Source: Epiperipatus broadwayi
Lineage: Eukaryota > Animalia > Onychophora
NCBI GenBank assembly: GCA_028023455.1
Contig: JAQFVV010000008.1
Span: 13,144,001-13,208,000 of the forward strand
DNA: 64,000 nucleotides
Reading direction: 5' to 3'
In this document: one piece after another, positions 52,480 to 64,000 of the stretch
How positions within the stretch are numbered: position 1 is the first letter of the stretch
Layout of the letters: each line of letters begins with the position of its first letter
Position numbers and translations under genes: made by a program
The notes under the pieces: model-generated
The model's database searches: none
Seen by the model: the letters and a program-made list of their open reading frames with translations, nothing else
What the model was told of the DNA's origin: nothing

Positions 52480-53750
52480 ATAAAACTGTTGTAGGTATAG
52501 ACTCTACCTAATAAGTCTTTCATTATTTAAATAGCCTTTACTTAAAAATTCTAAACTCCCATGGGCAAAAACTGGCATAGCTTTTGAAATGCCTACATCA
52601 CTGCTAGGCTTCTTTCTCTGTGATGAAGTAGTTCCACTCATCCCTTTTTAAATGTCTACTAAAAATATAATACCTGAGGTTTTTGATATTCATCAAGCTG
52701 TTATAAAACTACTCCCATATCATAGTGACTACTGTCTGTTTGTACAAAAAACTTTTTATCTGGATAAGATAAGATAATTTGTTTAAAAAATGTTTGTTTT
52801 ATTGTATTGAACTCCCTAGTATGTTCAGTGGTTCACCTCCACTTTTCTGATTTCTTTAAGAACAAAAATAAATATTGAGTGTTCTCAGCAAAGTTCTTTT
52901 AAAACTTATGATAATAATTACATAAACTGAGGAAGGACCACAGTTGTTTTTTGGTTTTTGGTATAGAGAAATCTTGAATAGCAACAATCTTTTCAGGATG
53001 GGGTTTTATACCTTGTTCACTTACTACATGTCAAAAAATATTTCTTTTGCAGCTATTGTACATTTCTCCAGGTTTATCTTTATATTATGGGCTGAACACT
53101 TCTCAAAGAACATTTGTAGGTGTTGTAGATGCTCGGTAAGACTTCTTGAAACAATGACAATGTCTCCACATACATGATGATTTTTTCTTTCAATTGTTTT
53201 GAAAAAATCATGTTCAAACATCTGATCAAGCCAGCACTAGTTAATGAGACCCAAGGGCATTCTTGTAAAAACATAAGTTTGACCCTGAAAGCAAAAAGTG
53301 GTATATTTTTGGTCTTCATGGTGTAGTGGTATTTGCCAATAACTGGCTGTCAGATCAAAGGATGAGAAAATTGACTTCTGTTTAAATTTTATTAGGAGTT
53401 CATGTACAGGTGGAGAAATATCACATTCAAGAACAGTTATCTGGTTCAGCATACAAGCATCAAGACATATCCTCACTGTACCATCTTTCTTATAATAACT
53501 AAAGGGTTAACATGAGCAGAGGAACATTTTTGAACAATCTTCCACCCCAACATTTGGCTATTTGTTTTTGTACCTCTACCTGATACTAATAAGACACTGG
53601 ATACATTTTCTGTTGAAAAGGTTCATTATCTTTTAATTTAATTCAATGAGTATATCCTCTGATTACATCGAAACAGTTGAAAATAAGCTATTATAATTGT
53701 ACATCAGTTGGTATAATTTTTCTCCTATGTTTAATTTGGCAAGGAAAATA
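52480..53750 (-). pseudogene. pol: Gypsy reverse transcriptase and RNase H
   Basis: RICLDACMLN, FSSFDLTASYWQIPL, KYTTF, RMPLGL, VCGDIVI (decayed YxDD), INLEKC. RNase H QTDSSHYDMGVVL and NYFITEKE. Confidence 0.88.
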
Positions 53751-53834
53751 TGATCAATCTTAGTTTTAATACCAACATCAACTAGCATGCTTTGGATGCA
53801 TAACAATTGACCAGAGAGTTGAGGTAATTCCTAT

Positions 53835-54182
53835 TCAAAAGGCAACTGTTCCTGTAGACATAAAAAGTTTATTTTCATAATCCAATTTACACTTATTTAT
53901 GATCATGAAGTCTGAACCTATAATGACATCATGAACCAATTCAGGCATAATTAAGAAAATGTGACCAAACTCAGACTGGTTAAGCCTAAAATTAATCCAG
54001 ACATGTTTGTTAGTAAACTTAGTTCTTTTTCCATTAGCCAGAGTCACTTGTATCTGTTTAATGGGCAAGGAGGGTATACAATTATTTACATGAAGCATCT
54101 TTTGATATGCATTTTCTGATACAATGGAGGCTTGAATACCAGAGTCAATTAAAGCATTTATACTAGTCTCTTCCATAGACAA
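53835..54182 (-). pseudogene. pol: Gypsy aspartic protease
   Basis: ALIDSGIQASIVS active-site motif and DVIIGSDFM flap-end motif. Confidence 0.85.
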
Positions 54183-54299
54183 TTTAACAACAGGACAGTT
54201 ATATTAGATAGGTGGTTCTCCAAGCTCAAAGGCCTCTAAGTAATCCACATTCAAATTAAGGGTATTTATCATGGATTTATTAGGAGGCCTAACCCTATA

Positions 54300-56310
54300 A
54301 TTATTCTCATACCTATAATTATAAAAATTCCTATCACTTGTCTGATGAGCTGGATTCATATAAGATGCTATCTGTCCTTAGTACCCTTGGGCTGTCTTTG
54401 AATCCAGTACAGAAATCTCTAGAGCATCCAAAATTTCTGATGCTTCCTCTATACTGCAGCAATCAGCAGCAATAAGTGTTTGCTCAATGCTTTGGGGAAG
54501 ATTATGTCAGAGTATTCTCAAGATCTGGTGCTCCAAAAGAGAAAATACAGTCAAACTTTTCAGCTTAACTACCTGCCCTCGGAAAAATTGGATATAGCTG
54601 CCCTTGGTGCTATTATACTTCTCCTGAGTAACCTGATAGTGCACCTGGTCCTGCTTATCTTCACTCCAGAAACATGACAATATGACAGTGAAAATCCCCA
54701 AAGGTAGTGGGCTTGTCAAACAGAGACCACCACCACTCTTTAGCATAAGCATAAAGATGGTTGCAGGCAATGGCCAACTTTTCCTGCTCATTTAACCTAC
54801 ATATGGAAGAGTTCTTCCAATGTGTATAAATACTGTAAGGGATTCTCCCTGCTTTCCCCACTGAATTTTGATTAAATTTGAGGTCATTGACCCTCCTACT
54901 GCCTGCTAACTTTTCCTGCTCATTCAACCTACATACAGAAAAGAGTTCTTCCAATGTGTATAAATACTCTAAGGAGTTCTCTCTGCTTTCCCCACTGAAG
55001 GCCTTAATCTTGATTAAATTTAAGGTCATTGACCCTCCTATTTTACACTCTTCTCTACTTGTATTGTCAGCCTTATCTACTGGTTTTTTAACCTGCAAAT
55101 CTCTAACTACAGTAGGCATCCTTTTTTTTGACTGACTACATTCTGTCACATCCCTACATTCATTGGCACCTATGCCGGCATTGTTTCACTTTGATGAATT
55201 TAGATTTGGCTGATCTTGCAACCCTACATTGAAATGATCTCTTAATTCTCCTAACTTCTGGTACAAATCATCCATCTTAGGGGTTATGTATTCAATGACA
55301 TACACTTTCTGATTTTCCTCAAGTTTCCCAAACATGATGCCTAATTCATGTTGATCCATTCTGGATCGACTCAATTTGTTCCTTTGCACCATTTCCTTCT
55401 TAAGGCTATACATCTGACTCCCCATTCTTTTCTAAGACTGACTGATTTGCCTGCATTTATTGCCCATGCCCCTCTTAACTTCTCTAATTTCTTTCTCTAC
55501 AATGTTAAATTTGTTTTTTATATTGAGGATTTGATCCACATAGCTCAAGGTAGCTTCCTTATATGAGTCTACATTGGCTACCACCCCCTCTAATCTTATA
55601 TTAATTCTTTAGAAGTTATTTCAGCATTTCTTTCTATTCCTTCTGATAGGGATTGGGAGACAAACCCATGGACTTTATTCTTAATAACTCAATTTTTTCC
55701 TTAATTTCTTCAATAGATTGCTCCACTTGAATCTTTAATGCCTACAATCTTTGACAATCTTCCTGTTTGACGAAACATAGATTTACTCACCCCTTCTATT
55801 TTATATTATAATGATATAAACCTATTTTTGCACTCTATATTTAATTTTTCTATTTTGTTTTCCAAGGCCATGATCAATCTGCTGTTGTTTTTCATAGAGT
55901 TATCTATCTTTTCTTTTAAACTTTCTATATTTTATTTATGGTCTTCTCTTAAACTTTCTACCCTTTCCACAGATTGACCTATCTTTCATTTTAGACTTTC
56001 TATACTTCTTTCCACAGATTGACCTATCTTTTGTTCTAAACTTTCTGTACTTTTGAACATATGCAACATCACTCTTTGCGTCTCTGATGGTGATTTCTTT
56101 TTTGAGTTTGGCAAACCTCTGGCTCCTCAACTATTGTTTCCATGCTTGAGACTGCATTATTGCTCCATTCTTGAGACTGCATTATTGCTCCATTGGTAAT
56201 TTAAATGAAATCTCCCCATCCTCTTCAATATAAAAATTACTAATTCCAGGTACTGGGGTGCTTTCATCATCATAACCCTCTCAATAGTATCATTAAATTC
56301 ACTCATTTTC
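54300..56310 (-). pseudogene. gag: Gypsy gag: long coiled-coil N-terminus then capsid-like domain
   Basis: Heptad-like E/K/Q/L-rich stretches (SLEQKIGQSVERSIESLK..., LENKIEKLN), then FSGESRENSLEYLYTLEELF...NEQEKL...AKEWW. Multiple stops and frameshifts. Confidence 0.75.
54777..55040. repeat. Tandem duplication (~125-130 bp) within gag
   Basis: 54777-54899 and 54908-55040 are near-identical copies. Confidence 0.85.
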
Positions 56311-57522
56311 TTAAAATTCTATATATTTCATCTGCACCCCCCCCCAACAACTAAGAACCTATATATCCTTTTCCTTTCCAAGACACATCTCTGACTGACT
56401 GACTAACTTGCCTTTCAACTAGCTTTCCCTTGCTTTCCACAAACAAAACTTTTAATATCCATCATCTAATGAATCACCCAACAACATGTCATACATGTAT
56501 ATCTGTAATAGCCCATATTATATATTCATCTATTCCTCTACAGATCTGACAGATATTGACAGCTAACAGAAAGATTAGCAGTTCACAATCGTGATATAAA
56601 TAAAACAATTCAGTCATAGCACTATAAGCACACAATGCATCATGAGTACTCAGAAGACCATCCCAATTTAATCACCTTAAGCTACCACAATCCTTAATAG
56701 AATAATGCAAGCTCTGTTGCAATACCCTGCTTTTTTCAAGACTTATGGACTGAAACACATAAAATAAATCTTGCTATCTCAGAGTCTTAGACAGCAAATA
56801 TTAAAACAATGCCCTGCTTATTTCAATTCTTACAGACTATAGAATACATAAGAAAAACTATGCCTTGCTCTCTCTCTCTCTTGGAGTCTTACATGACAAA
56901 TATCCAAAATGATGCCCTGCTTATAAAATACATAAGAAAACTATGTCTTGCTCTCTTTCTTGGGGAGACTCATAGGCTGATATCATGGCAGGACTGTTTT
57001 TAACTGCTTCATTGAATTGGATTGATTAGTCTATGGGTTGCACAAATACATAGCATTCTCACAGCAATGACAAAACTCCAACCAAACTCCAACAATCAAA
57101 TATCCAATCCAACCTACAAAATCATATACTTTCTATAAAATGAACTCTCCAAACACACATGAAATTATTATCCCATAATTCACAACTATCACTATGACTG
57201 TCACTATCTTGCAGTAAATCATTCATTAATAAACCAAATGTTTAAAAAAAAAGATCCTATCATTAATTTCAACACTGTCTCAAGTTGTGATATACATCTA
57301 TTTTAAAAATTGAAAAACTAAGCTGTTTTATGGCTGTACTCATTTTTCAACATCAATGAAGAAATAAAACAACAATAAACATCATCATATACAAGTCTAC
57401 AATAAGAACATATGGCCAAAACAATTCTATAAGAAAAAGAATTACACCCCCCAAAAAATTTTTTTTACCACACATCTCTCATCATTATATAGTCTACTTT
57501 TCTCAGGTAGATATATCTGGAG

Positions 57523-57540
57523 GCCCCGTGTTCAGCACCA
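57523..57540 (-). other. Primer binding site, tRNA-Lys-like
   Basis: TGGTGCTGAACACGGGGC starts 1 nt after the 5' LTR. It resembles the complements of tRNA-Lys 3' ends (TGGCGCCCAACGTGGGGC / TGGCGCCCGAACAGGGAC) with CpG-type changes. Confidence 0.7.
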
Positions 57541-57541
57541 T

Positions 57542-60500
57542 TGTAACTTAATTATAAAAATGTGTCTCAAAATAAACTCCAAAATGGGTTGAGAAAAAAA
57601 GATGTCAAAATAATAAACTAGTCATTTCAGGCTTTAGTTAGGCAGCCATTGTAACCTAAACAAGAATAATAACACATTGTAACTCAATGAAATAATATCT
57701 AGTGGGTGAGAGCTATTTGTAATATAATAATAATACTAGTCCATAATAAAAATATTTCCAAATAAATCCAATGGTCATCCAATACCACTTTATATGGTTT
57801 TATTTGGTTTTATACTGTGAATATTATGTGAATATGGTCTATCAGGACGGCACTAGGTTAGCTAAACATAGACAAAGTTATATTCTATACCTACTTACAA
57901 ATGTACTGGATTTGAACCTCTTTTGGTATCTTATTTATAACAGTATGTAGAATTTTATATTTTAGGACCAATCACATTTGCACTAACATTAAAGAAAACA
58001 AAAAAAAATCCTTATACTTTAGTTGTGCCTATAAAATTTATCAGACAACATTACTACTTCGATTTTAATATCATAGATGCATTTCAACATTCTCATAAGT
58101 CTTGCTAGCTCATATAAAACAATATATATTTATGGTGGCAATTCCCTCATTCTTGAATGATGTGGATGATTGGAATGGTGGTTATTATCTTATAATGACT
58201 CACAAACAATAAACAAATACAGTGAAAATCATTATTAAGCTATGGCCATTAAACACATTGATCTAGATCAGCAATTTAAAACATGATGATAATAATGACA
58301 ATGATACTTCCATCCACAGCTTTAGAACTAATGCCTAACATAAAATTTAGCTTTTATAACTTCATAATTATTTTGCCTATATCATTTTTAAACTAGAACT
58401 TAACCATTAATATTCAACAGTGATGATGAATGATCATAACTAATAAAGCAACAAATACTCTTAATAAAGATATATGCCTCTTTTAATAAAACAAATTAAC
58501 ATTTATTACTGAACCACTAAAATATACATACTATTTAAAGATATATCTGAAAATTTATATAAATAACAATGATATATTGTTTATAGTTAAATCATAGTAT
58601 TAATAATATTAAACTCTTCTCCCTTTCTTTTTAATGATAGTATCCAATGTTTATCATAGTATAATGTTGTACATCAATTTGGATAGGGAATAACTAAAAA
58701 TTTATATCCAAATAAAAAATATTTCATTAAAAAAACACTTTGCACGCACATAGTTTTGTAACCTTATAAATTTAATCTTAACATATAAAGTAAAATGATT
58801 AATTAGAAAAAAAAGGTTAGTCAGATTCTAGAGAAGTAAAAGCATTTACAGAAATGAGCTTTTAAATTATCTATCTCCACCTCTAAGTGATTGAGGTCAC
58901 TAATTGTTATTTCAACAAGTCTAGCTAGCATTTCCATCACTCTCAACATCCAGGCTACACAGCTATACCTATAGCAAGTATAATTATATTACTACATTGT
59001 GTAGGTATAGATCCCCATTGTGAAGAAAATATTATTAAAGAAAAACTGTTCAACATATAAACAATAGGGATCTATACCTACACACATGTAGTAATATAAT
59101 TATATTTGCTATAGGTATAGCTGTGTAGTGACTCTCAATAATACATTTCACAAAATAAAATACATCACTAAGTGGACGTATAATAATTTTAGAATACATG
59201 AAATCATCAATACAGCATTAGCTATTGTTACTGAAACTCTTCTTTTTGCTTGATTTTGATTTTAAAGTTCAGAGATAAAAAAAAATAAAGAATTTGTTAT
59301 TAAAAATTTTGTTGATAGTCACTGATATAATCAAATATATATATATATAATTAAAATTCATATTACCAGTCCTTTATTTACTTTCTTGAGGCACACACTT
59401 TTGAAGATTTCAAATTCAGCTTGTTGAATGTTTATAAATCTTGTAGCAACCACCTACACCAATCTGTAGCACAGGTATATTATCAATTTCAGCTGTTTAC
59501 TGGAATAATCCTATTCTTTCATGGCTTGGGCTTGCAATTCTGTTATTGTGATGATGATGGTGAGGTCACTTGCTTCCATAGGAACCATTTGCACTGGAAT
59601 TGTTTCTTCATTTATTTTCAGCATAATTATTTTAATAGACTCAGGATATTTGCAGTTTTTTATATATTTTATCATTTTGCTGGGTTTAAACTTAGCCAAT
59701 GGCATAACTGAACTAGCATGGTTTAACACTTTTCAGTAGTTTGCTTATTTTCATTTTAACTTTAAAATACAGGTGAGCAATCAGTTTTGTCTATCTTATT
59801 TTTAACAATCAGTCACAAGGTGTATTATACTTTTGGCTCAGACTCTTCAAATATGCATTGGTTAGCAGATGACCGGACCAGCATAGATGAAACATATATG
59901 CACTTAGCCTGCCATTAGACTATAGAAAACTTTCCAAACAAAAAATATATAAAAAAGGACAGCAATTCAGTCTGATTTCTTTCCATGATTTAAGATGCTC
60001 TGACAATTTTAATCTTTCTTTTTCATTTTTTTCCCTACGTGACTGCTAGACTTTTATATCATTTAGTCTTTTACAGAGCACACAGATAGAAACACCTGAT
60101 TTTTATTAGTTAAACCATATAATTTAAAGCTGATCACCTGTTTCAAATTTACTGTTAGTAAGAAATCCAGACCAATATGATTTCTTGATAATTAACCAAT
60201 TAACTGGTCTGGAAGGAATCCATTACCTTAATAACCTCACACTTTTTCTCAAATCTAGCCTCATAAACTTTATATTCTTTTAATTAGCTCTGAAAAAAAT
60301 TGTCAGCTTGACAACTGGAATTCTAACCTTGTGAGTTTAATTAACCCATTACACATAATAAAGTCTTTATAACAATAGAGCATTTGAAATCTTAAAATGA
60401 TTTCAACAGAATTGTTTTCTTTTATTATGTGTAACTGTAAGTTTATTTATGTAAAATACAAGTACACACTCAGATATTCAGAAAAATCTGCCTATTAAAA

Positions 60501-60954
60501 ATAATCTGAATGATTTTTGCAAACTATAACTTAATATTCAAAACTAAATTATTAAAACTATTAGACTTATAATTTGTTATAGGAAGAAAAGCAGAATTTA
60601 GTAAGTATAGATCAATTTTGAAGAAAGTTAGTAATAAAAATATAAAAATGATTAACTGAATAGTTTGTGTCCACAGACAACTGTTTATATGTGTTCTAAT
60701 TTTAATATTTACAGACAACTATTAAATAATTCAAGGTTTATACTATTCTTTTGGTTTTTTATCAATACAAAACAAAGAGCATAAATATTTCCCTTTTTCT
60801 CTTTCTGTTCTAGGGTTTTGGGACTTGATCATGTAGGTTTGAATTTGGGTGCCATACAGCTTCCCTTCCTCTACAAGAAAATGTGATGATAACTTTTTTG
60901 TTTTTATTTTATGCACATTACAATTTATCCACAGGTTAAATTGGAATGGGTACA
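57542..60954 (-). repeat. 5' LTR (~3.4 kb)
   Basis: Starts TGTAACTTAATTATAAAAATGTGTCTC and ends ...AATGGGTACA. Roughly 80-85% identical to the other LTR by eye. Confidence 0.9.
58955..59128. repeat. Inverted duplication present in the 5' LTR only (58955-59021 / 59061-59128)
   Basis: ~67-bp arms are reverse complements. The matching place in the other LTR (~49100-49140) has unrelated sequence. Confidence 0.85.
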
Positions 60955-61229
60955 ATATATATATTATAGTTTATATATATATATATTGAAAGTCAGTTTC
61001 ATCCACCTGCTTGTTTCATGTATTTTACCCCCACACCTATCTCTATGCCAGGTTTAAACCCTCTCAGAGTACCTAATTTAAACAACCATAACTTACTATA
61101 TACATGGGATCGCACATATATATGCAAACGGCAAGTCTAATTTAATAATATATGTATATATTACAGATATGTGTTCATTTAAAAAGATTTCTAGTTTAAG
61201 AAATATTTCAGTCTAAATTATTAGTCAAT

Positions 61230-61720
61230 TTTATGGTTATATTACTGAAATCACATCATGCTCCTGACATTGTTATTCTACATATATAGTAATAAAATTA
61301 GTTTTACACTAAAGCTACAATCAATACTAGACTGGCTCAACATCTTTACACATTTAACAGAGCTCAGAAGAACAGCAACATATCCTCTGTATTTTTGGAG
61401 CATGCTAAACAATCTGGACACAACTTCACACCCACCAATCCCATAATATTGTGCTCAGAATCAAATGATCACAAAAGAAAAATAAAGGAGGCATTTTACA
61501 TCAATGGAAACATCCATGCCATTAATAGAAAAGACACTTGCTTCAAGATCCCGAAGAAATGGGCTACGTAATACTAGCTTATTTGAATATTTGTATTTGT
61601 ATATATTTTATTATACATTTTATGAAGGCTATGAATATGAGGCATGGATCCTCGAAAACATTAAGCTGATAAACTTTAATACTAATTTATATCTTCTCTA
61701 ATTAACAATTATAAATAAGT
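61230..61720 (+). mobile_element. Penelope-like element 3' fragment: GIY-YIG C-terminal half plus pLTR with hammerhead
   Basis: 61326-61571 translates as TRLAQH...FLEHAKQSGHNF...IILCSESNDHKRKIKEAFYI...INRKD...W..*. A decayed C..YI(G) precedes it and an HHR follows 55 nt after the stop. Confidence 0.8.
61627..61667 (+). ncRNA. Minimal hammerhead motif with A3-U8 core
   Basis: GGCT-ATGAATA-T-GAGG/CCTC-GAAA-ACATT-A-AGCT. It has a 4-bp helix I (one G-U), a 4-bp stem II, and helix III AACATT (AACGTT palindrome before CpG decay). Confidence 0.65.
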
Positions 61721-64000
61721 GTTTTTTTTTGTTTTACACTAATTATAAAAGCAGCTTTTAGTTTTACTTGTAAGCAACTTTTAAATTAGGTCATGCAATA
61801 GTCTTAAAATAGCATAAACTTGATTTTATAAATCCAAAATTTTAATGAGAATTCCCAGAATTTTATAGAGTTGTAATAAACTACAGGGGGGGGGGGGTAG
61901 AAAAACAAAATCTAAATTAGTTTTAGCAATTAAATATGTTTTTTTAAAATAAAGTAATGGGTTTTTCAACTGCGGTCAAGCTTGTAAAATTAACCAGGTG
62001 GCCAGAGTTAAGAAAAATATAAATACTTCAAATTTTGTAGCCAAGCAGTTATAAATATTTAATAAGTGAATTGTAAACCAAATCCATGTTCTTTAAAATG
62101 GTGGGTAAAGTAGGCCATAACTCTCCACGTCTTGCTCCTTGCCAGAGATGGAAAGAACTTTGGTCCGATAAAACACTGAGCTGTACCTCAGCAAAGCAGC
62201 CCATGAAAGAATCTTCATTAATGTCTAATCATCACCAAAAGTGTCAACTTATCATCCTAAGTGCCCAGAAATGCAATGAAGACAACTGACCAGTAAATTT
62301 CCACTCAGAGCTCTGATCATAAACTGTGACTTTCAATTCTCTTCTCTAAGCTAGCTATTTATTAATCTGCCTTTACAAACACCTTTTCTAAAATCTGCAA
62401 AGAAAGCTGTTAAACGCTAATGTTTGAATCTTGTACGATTGTAAAATTTGTGATATTAAATTCTCTCTTAAAATGTAAAACTATGATAATCTCTCTATTT
62501 TAAACTAAATGGATAATTTTCTGCGGTCTTTTATGCCTATTCCTGATCTATTCAATTTATTCTATAATTTTATCATTTTAATATTACATGTATTTAATAT
62601 GCCAAATAACTCTAAACCATGAGTATTTATAAGTATAATTTTCGCTTATTGTTCTGCAATGATAATTTCAAATCTTCGCTATAATAAATATTAAATAATG
62701 GAATTATTATTTTTTTCACTCACTGTTTGAGATCATGTTGTTATTTTAATGATTAATTTTGGGTATTAATATTATAATAATCAGTAGTGCTCTAGTTAAA
62801 TTTGTAGTTTGCATAACTCTAGTTATAAATTATAACTATCTATATATGTAACTTATACATCACAGGAACTAACCACAGAGATATTCTCGAAGCATATTTC
62901 TAATGTTTTATCTGTAATTATCCCTCAAATATACATTGTCCTTCTTAGATTTATATATTTTGAGATGCAGGTGATAATCTTAAACTAGGTTACTAATTAA
63001 TTTAGTCCATAAATAGTATATTTGAAATACTAAATTTGAGAACTGTGTTGTATAGATATGCACATAGATGCTATCTATTTTTAAGGCACGCTAAGATAAT
63101 TTACATATTTGCATTATATATATGTATAAGCTGTGGATGTGTCCTTACTAAGTATGCTATGTATAATTAACTGCTTGCTGCATGATTCTTGATGAGTTGC
63201 TGGTGGAGTCACACTTATCCACTTAGTTGGGGTAAAGCAAACTCTTTTAGAACTGGAACACATGGGTTCAGATTATTCATATTAATGCTTATCCAACTCC
63301 CTGAACTACTAATGTTCTTATTCATGGCAAGTTGTTCAGTCATAGGGCAACCGAGCATTTGATGCTGAAGCCCGTGAATAATGACCCATTCACACCTTCT
63401 AGTTTTATTAATATTTTAATATGTGCCATGGAGTATATAGGTAAACCTGTAGTAAACCAGTTTTTTCTCCCTTTATATTAAACACTTCTCCAGCGGCAGT
63501 ATATATCCTAATCTAAGTTAACATGCTAACCTGTGTATCTCTGAGCCTGATTATGTGCTCGACTTAGCTTGGTATAGATAGATGCCATAGGAGCACTATT
63601 AAGTTATGTTATATAACTTTGGCTATTAAGTTCCATATGATTTAGCAGACTACACAAGAGCTAGAAATTTGGCATATTATCATAAACTTAAATACCGCAT
63701 TACACTTTATAGAACACTTATAATGAGATAACATGTAACATATAATATCTCATTAGTTATTAACACCTGCAAGTGTAATCTTTCATGTTCCAACTATATA
63801 ATTTTGTATATTTTAATTTTAATATATTTTGTTTTTATTAAATTAATATTATTTAAAATATAACTCATTTTCATATCTTTATTGTCCATGAATTTATTTT
63901 TATCCAACTCTATATTTATGTGTACATACATCATTAGATATATATATATACATAGACCATTCTATTAGATTTCATAATTAATCATTGATATATTAGTGAT

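Larger units (their letters stand above)
47569..60954 (-). mobile_element. Ty3/Gypsy LTR retrotransposon, 13.4 kb, decayed, gag-PR-RT-RH-IN order, no env seen
   Basis: Paired LTRs with TG...CA ends, a PBS, a PPT-like tract, a 4-bp near-TSD ATAC/ATAT, and ordered pol motifs on the minus strand. Confidence 0.93.

Noticed and set aside
62086-62330. ORF 62086..62289(+) in a GC-richer patch
   Set aside because: No recognisable domain in any frame; could be an exon or TE fragment.
63150-63720. Possible second Penelope GIY-YIG remnant (ICAMEYIGK)
   Set aside because: One motif only, with no hammerhead or C-terminal signature that I can confirm.

Overview
This is very AT-rich eukaryotic DNA, most likely from an invertebrate animal; I cannot place the taxon more precisely. 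It holds one intact host gene, a single-ORF 679-aa class A (rhodopsin-like) GPCR on the minus strand (36501-38540) with degenerate activation motifs, lying in a CpG-retaining island. The rest is mostly CpG-depleted transposon debris: two RTE-clade LINEs (one with a 5' inversion), a decayed hAT transposase with two 8-bp-TSD MITEs, a 2.5-kb TIR element filled with satellite-like repeats, a tRNA-Gly-derived mini-SINE family, many fold-back duplications, and a 13.4-kb decayed Gypsy element with ~3.4-kb LTRs (47569-60954). The main observation not visible in the ORF track is a set of type I hammerhead ribozyme (HHR) motifs. Two sit in a 399-nt-period direct repeat that looks like a retrozyme or Penelope pLTR dimer, and one sits in each arm of an 872-bp Penelope palindrome. 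Others are at ~9.36 kb, ~36.2 kb (probable GPCR 3' UTR), ~47.5 kb and ~61.6 kb, with decayed copies at ~43.3 and ~44.2 kb. Their core 3-8 positions co-vary as C-G, U-A and A-U. All of this was read by eye, so boundaries of old repeats are approximate and no ribozyme activity is demonstrated.
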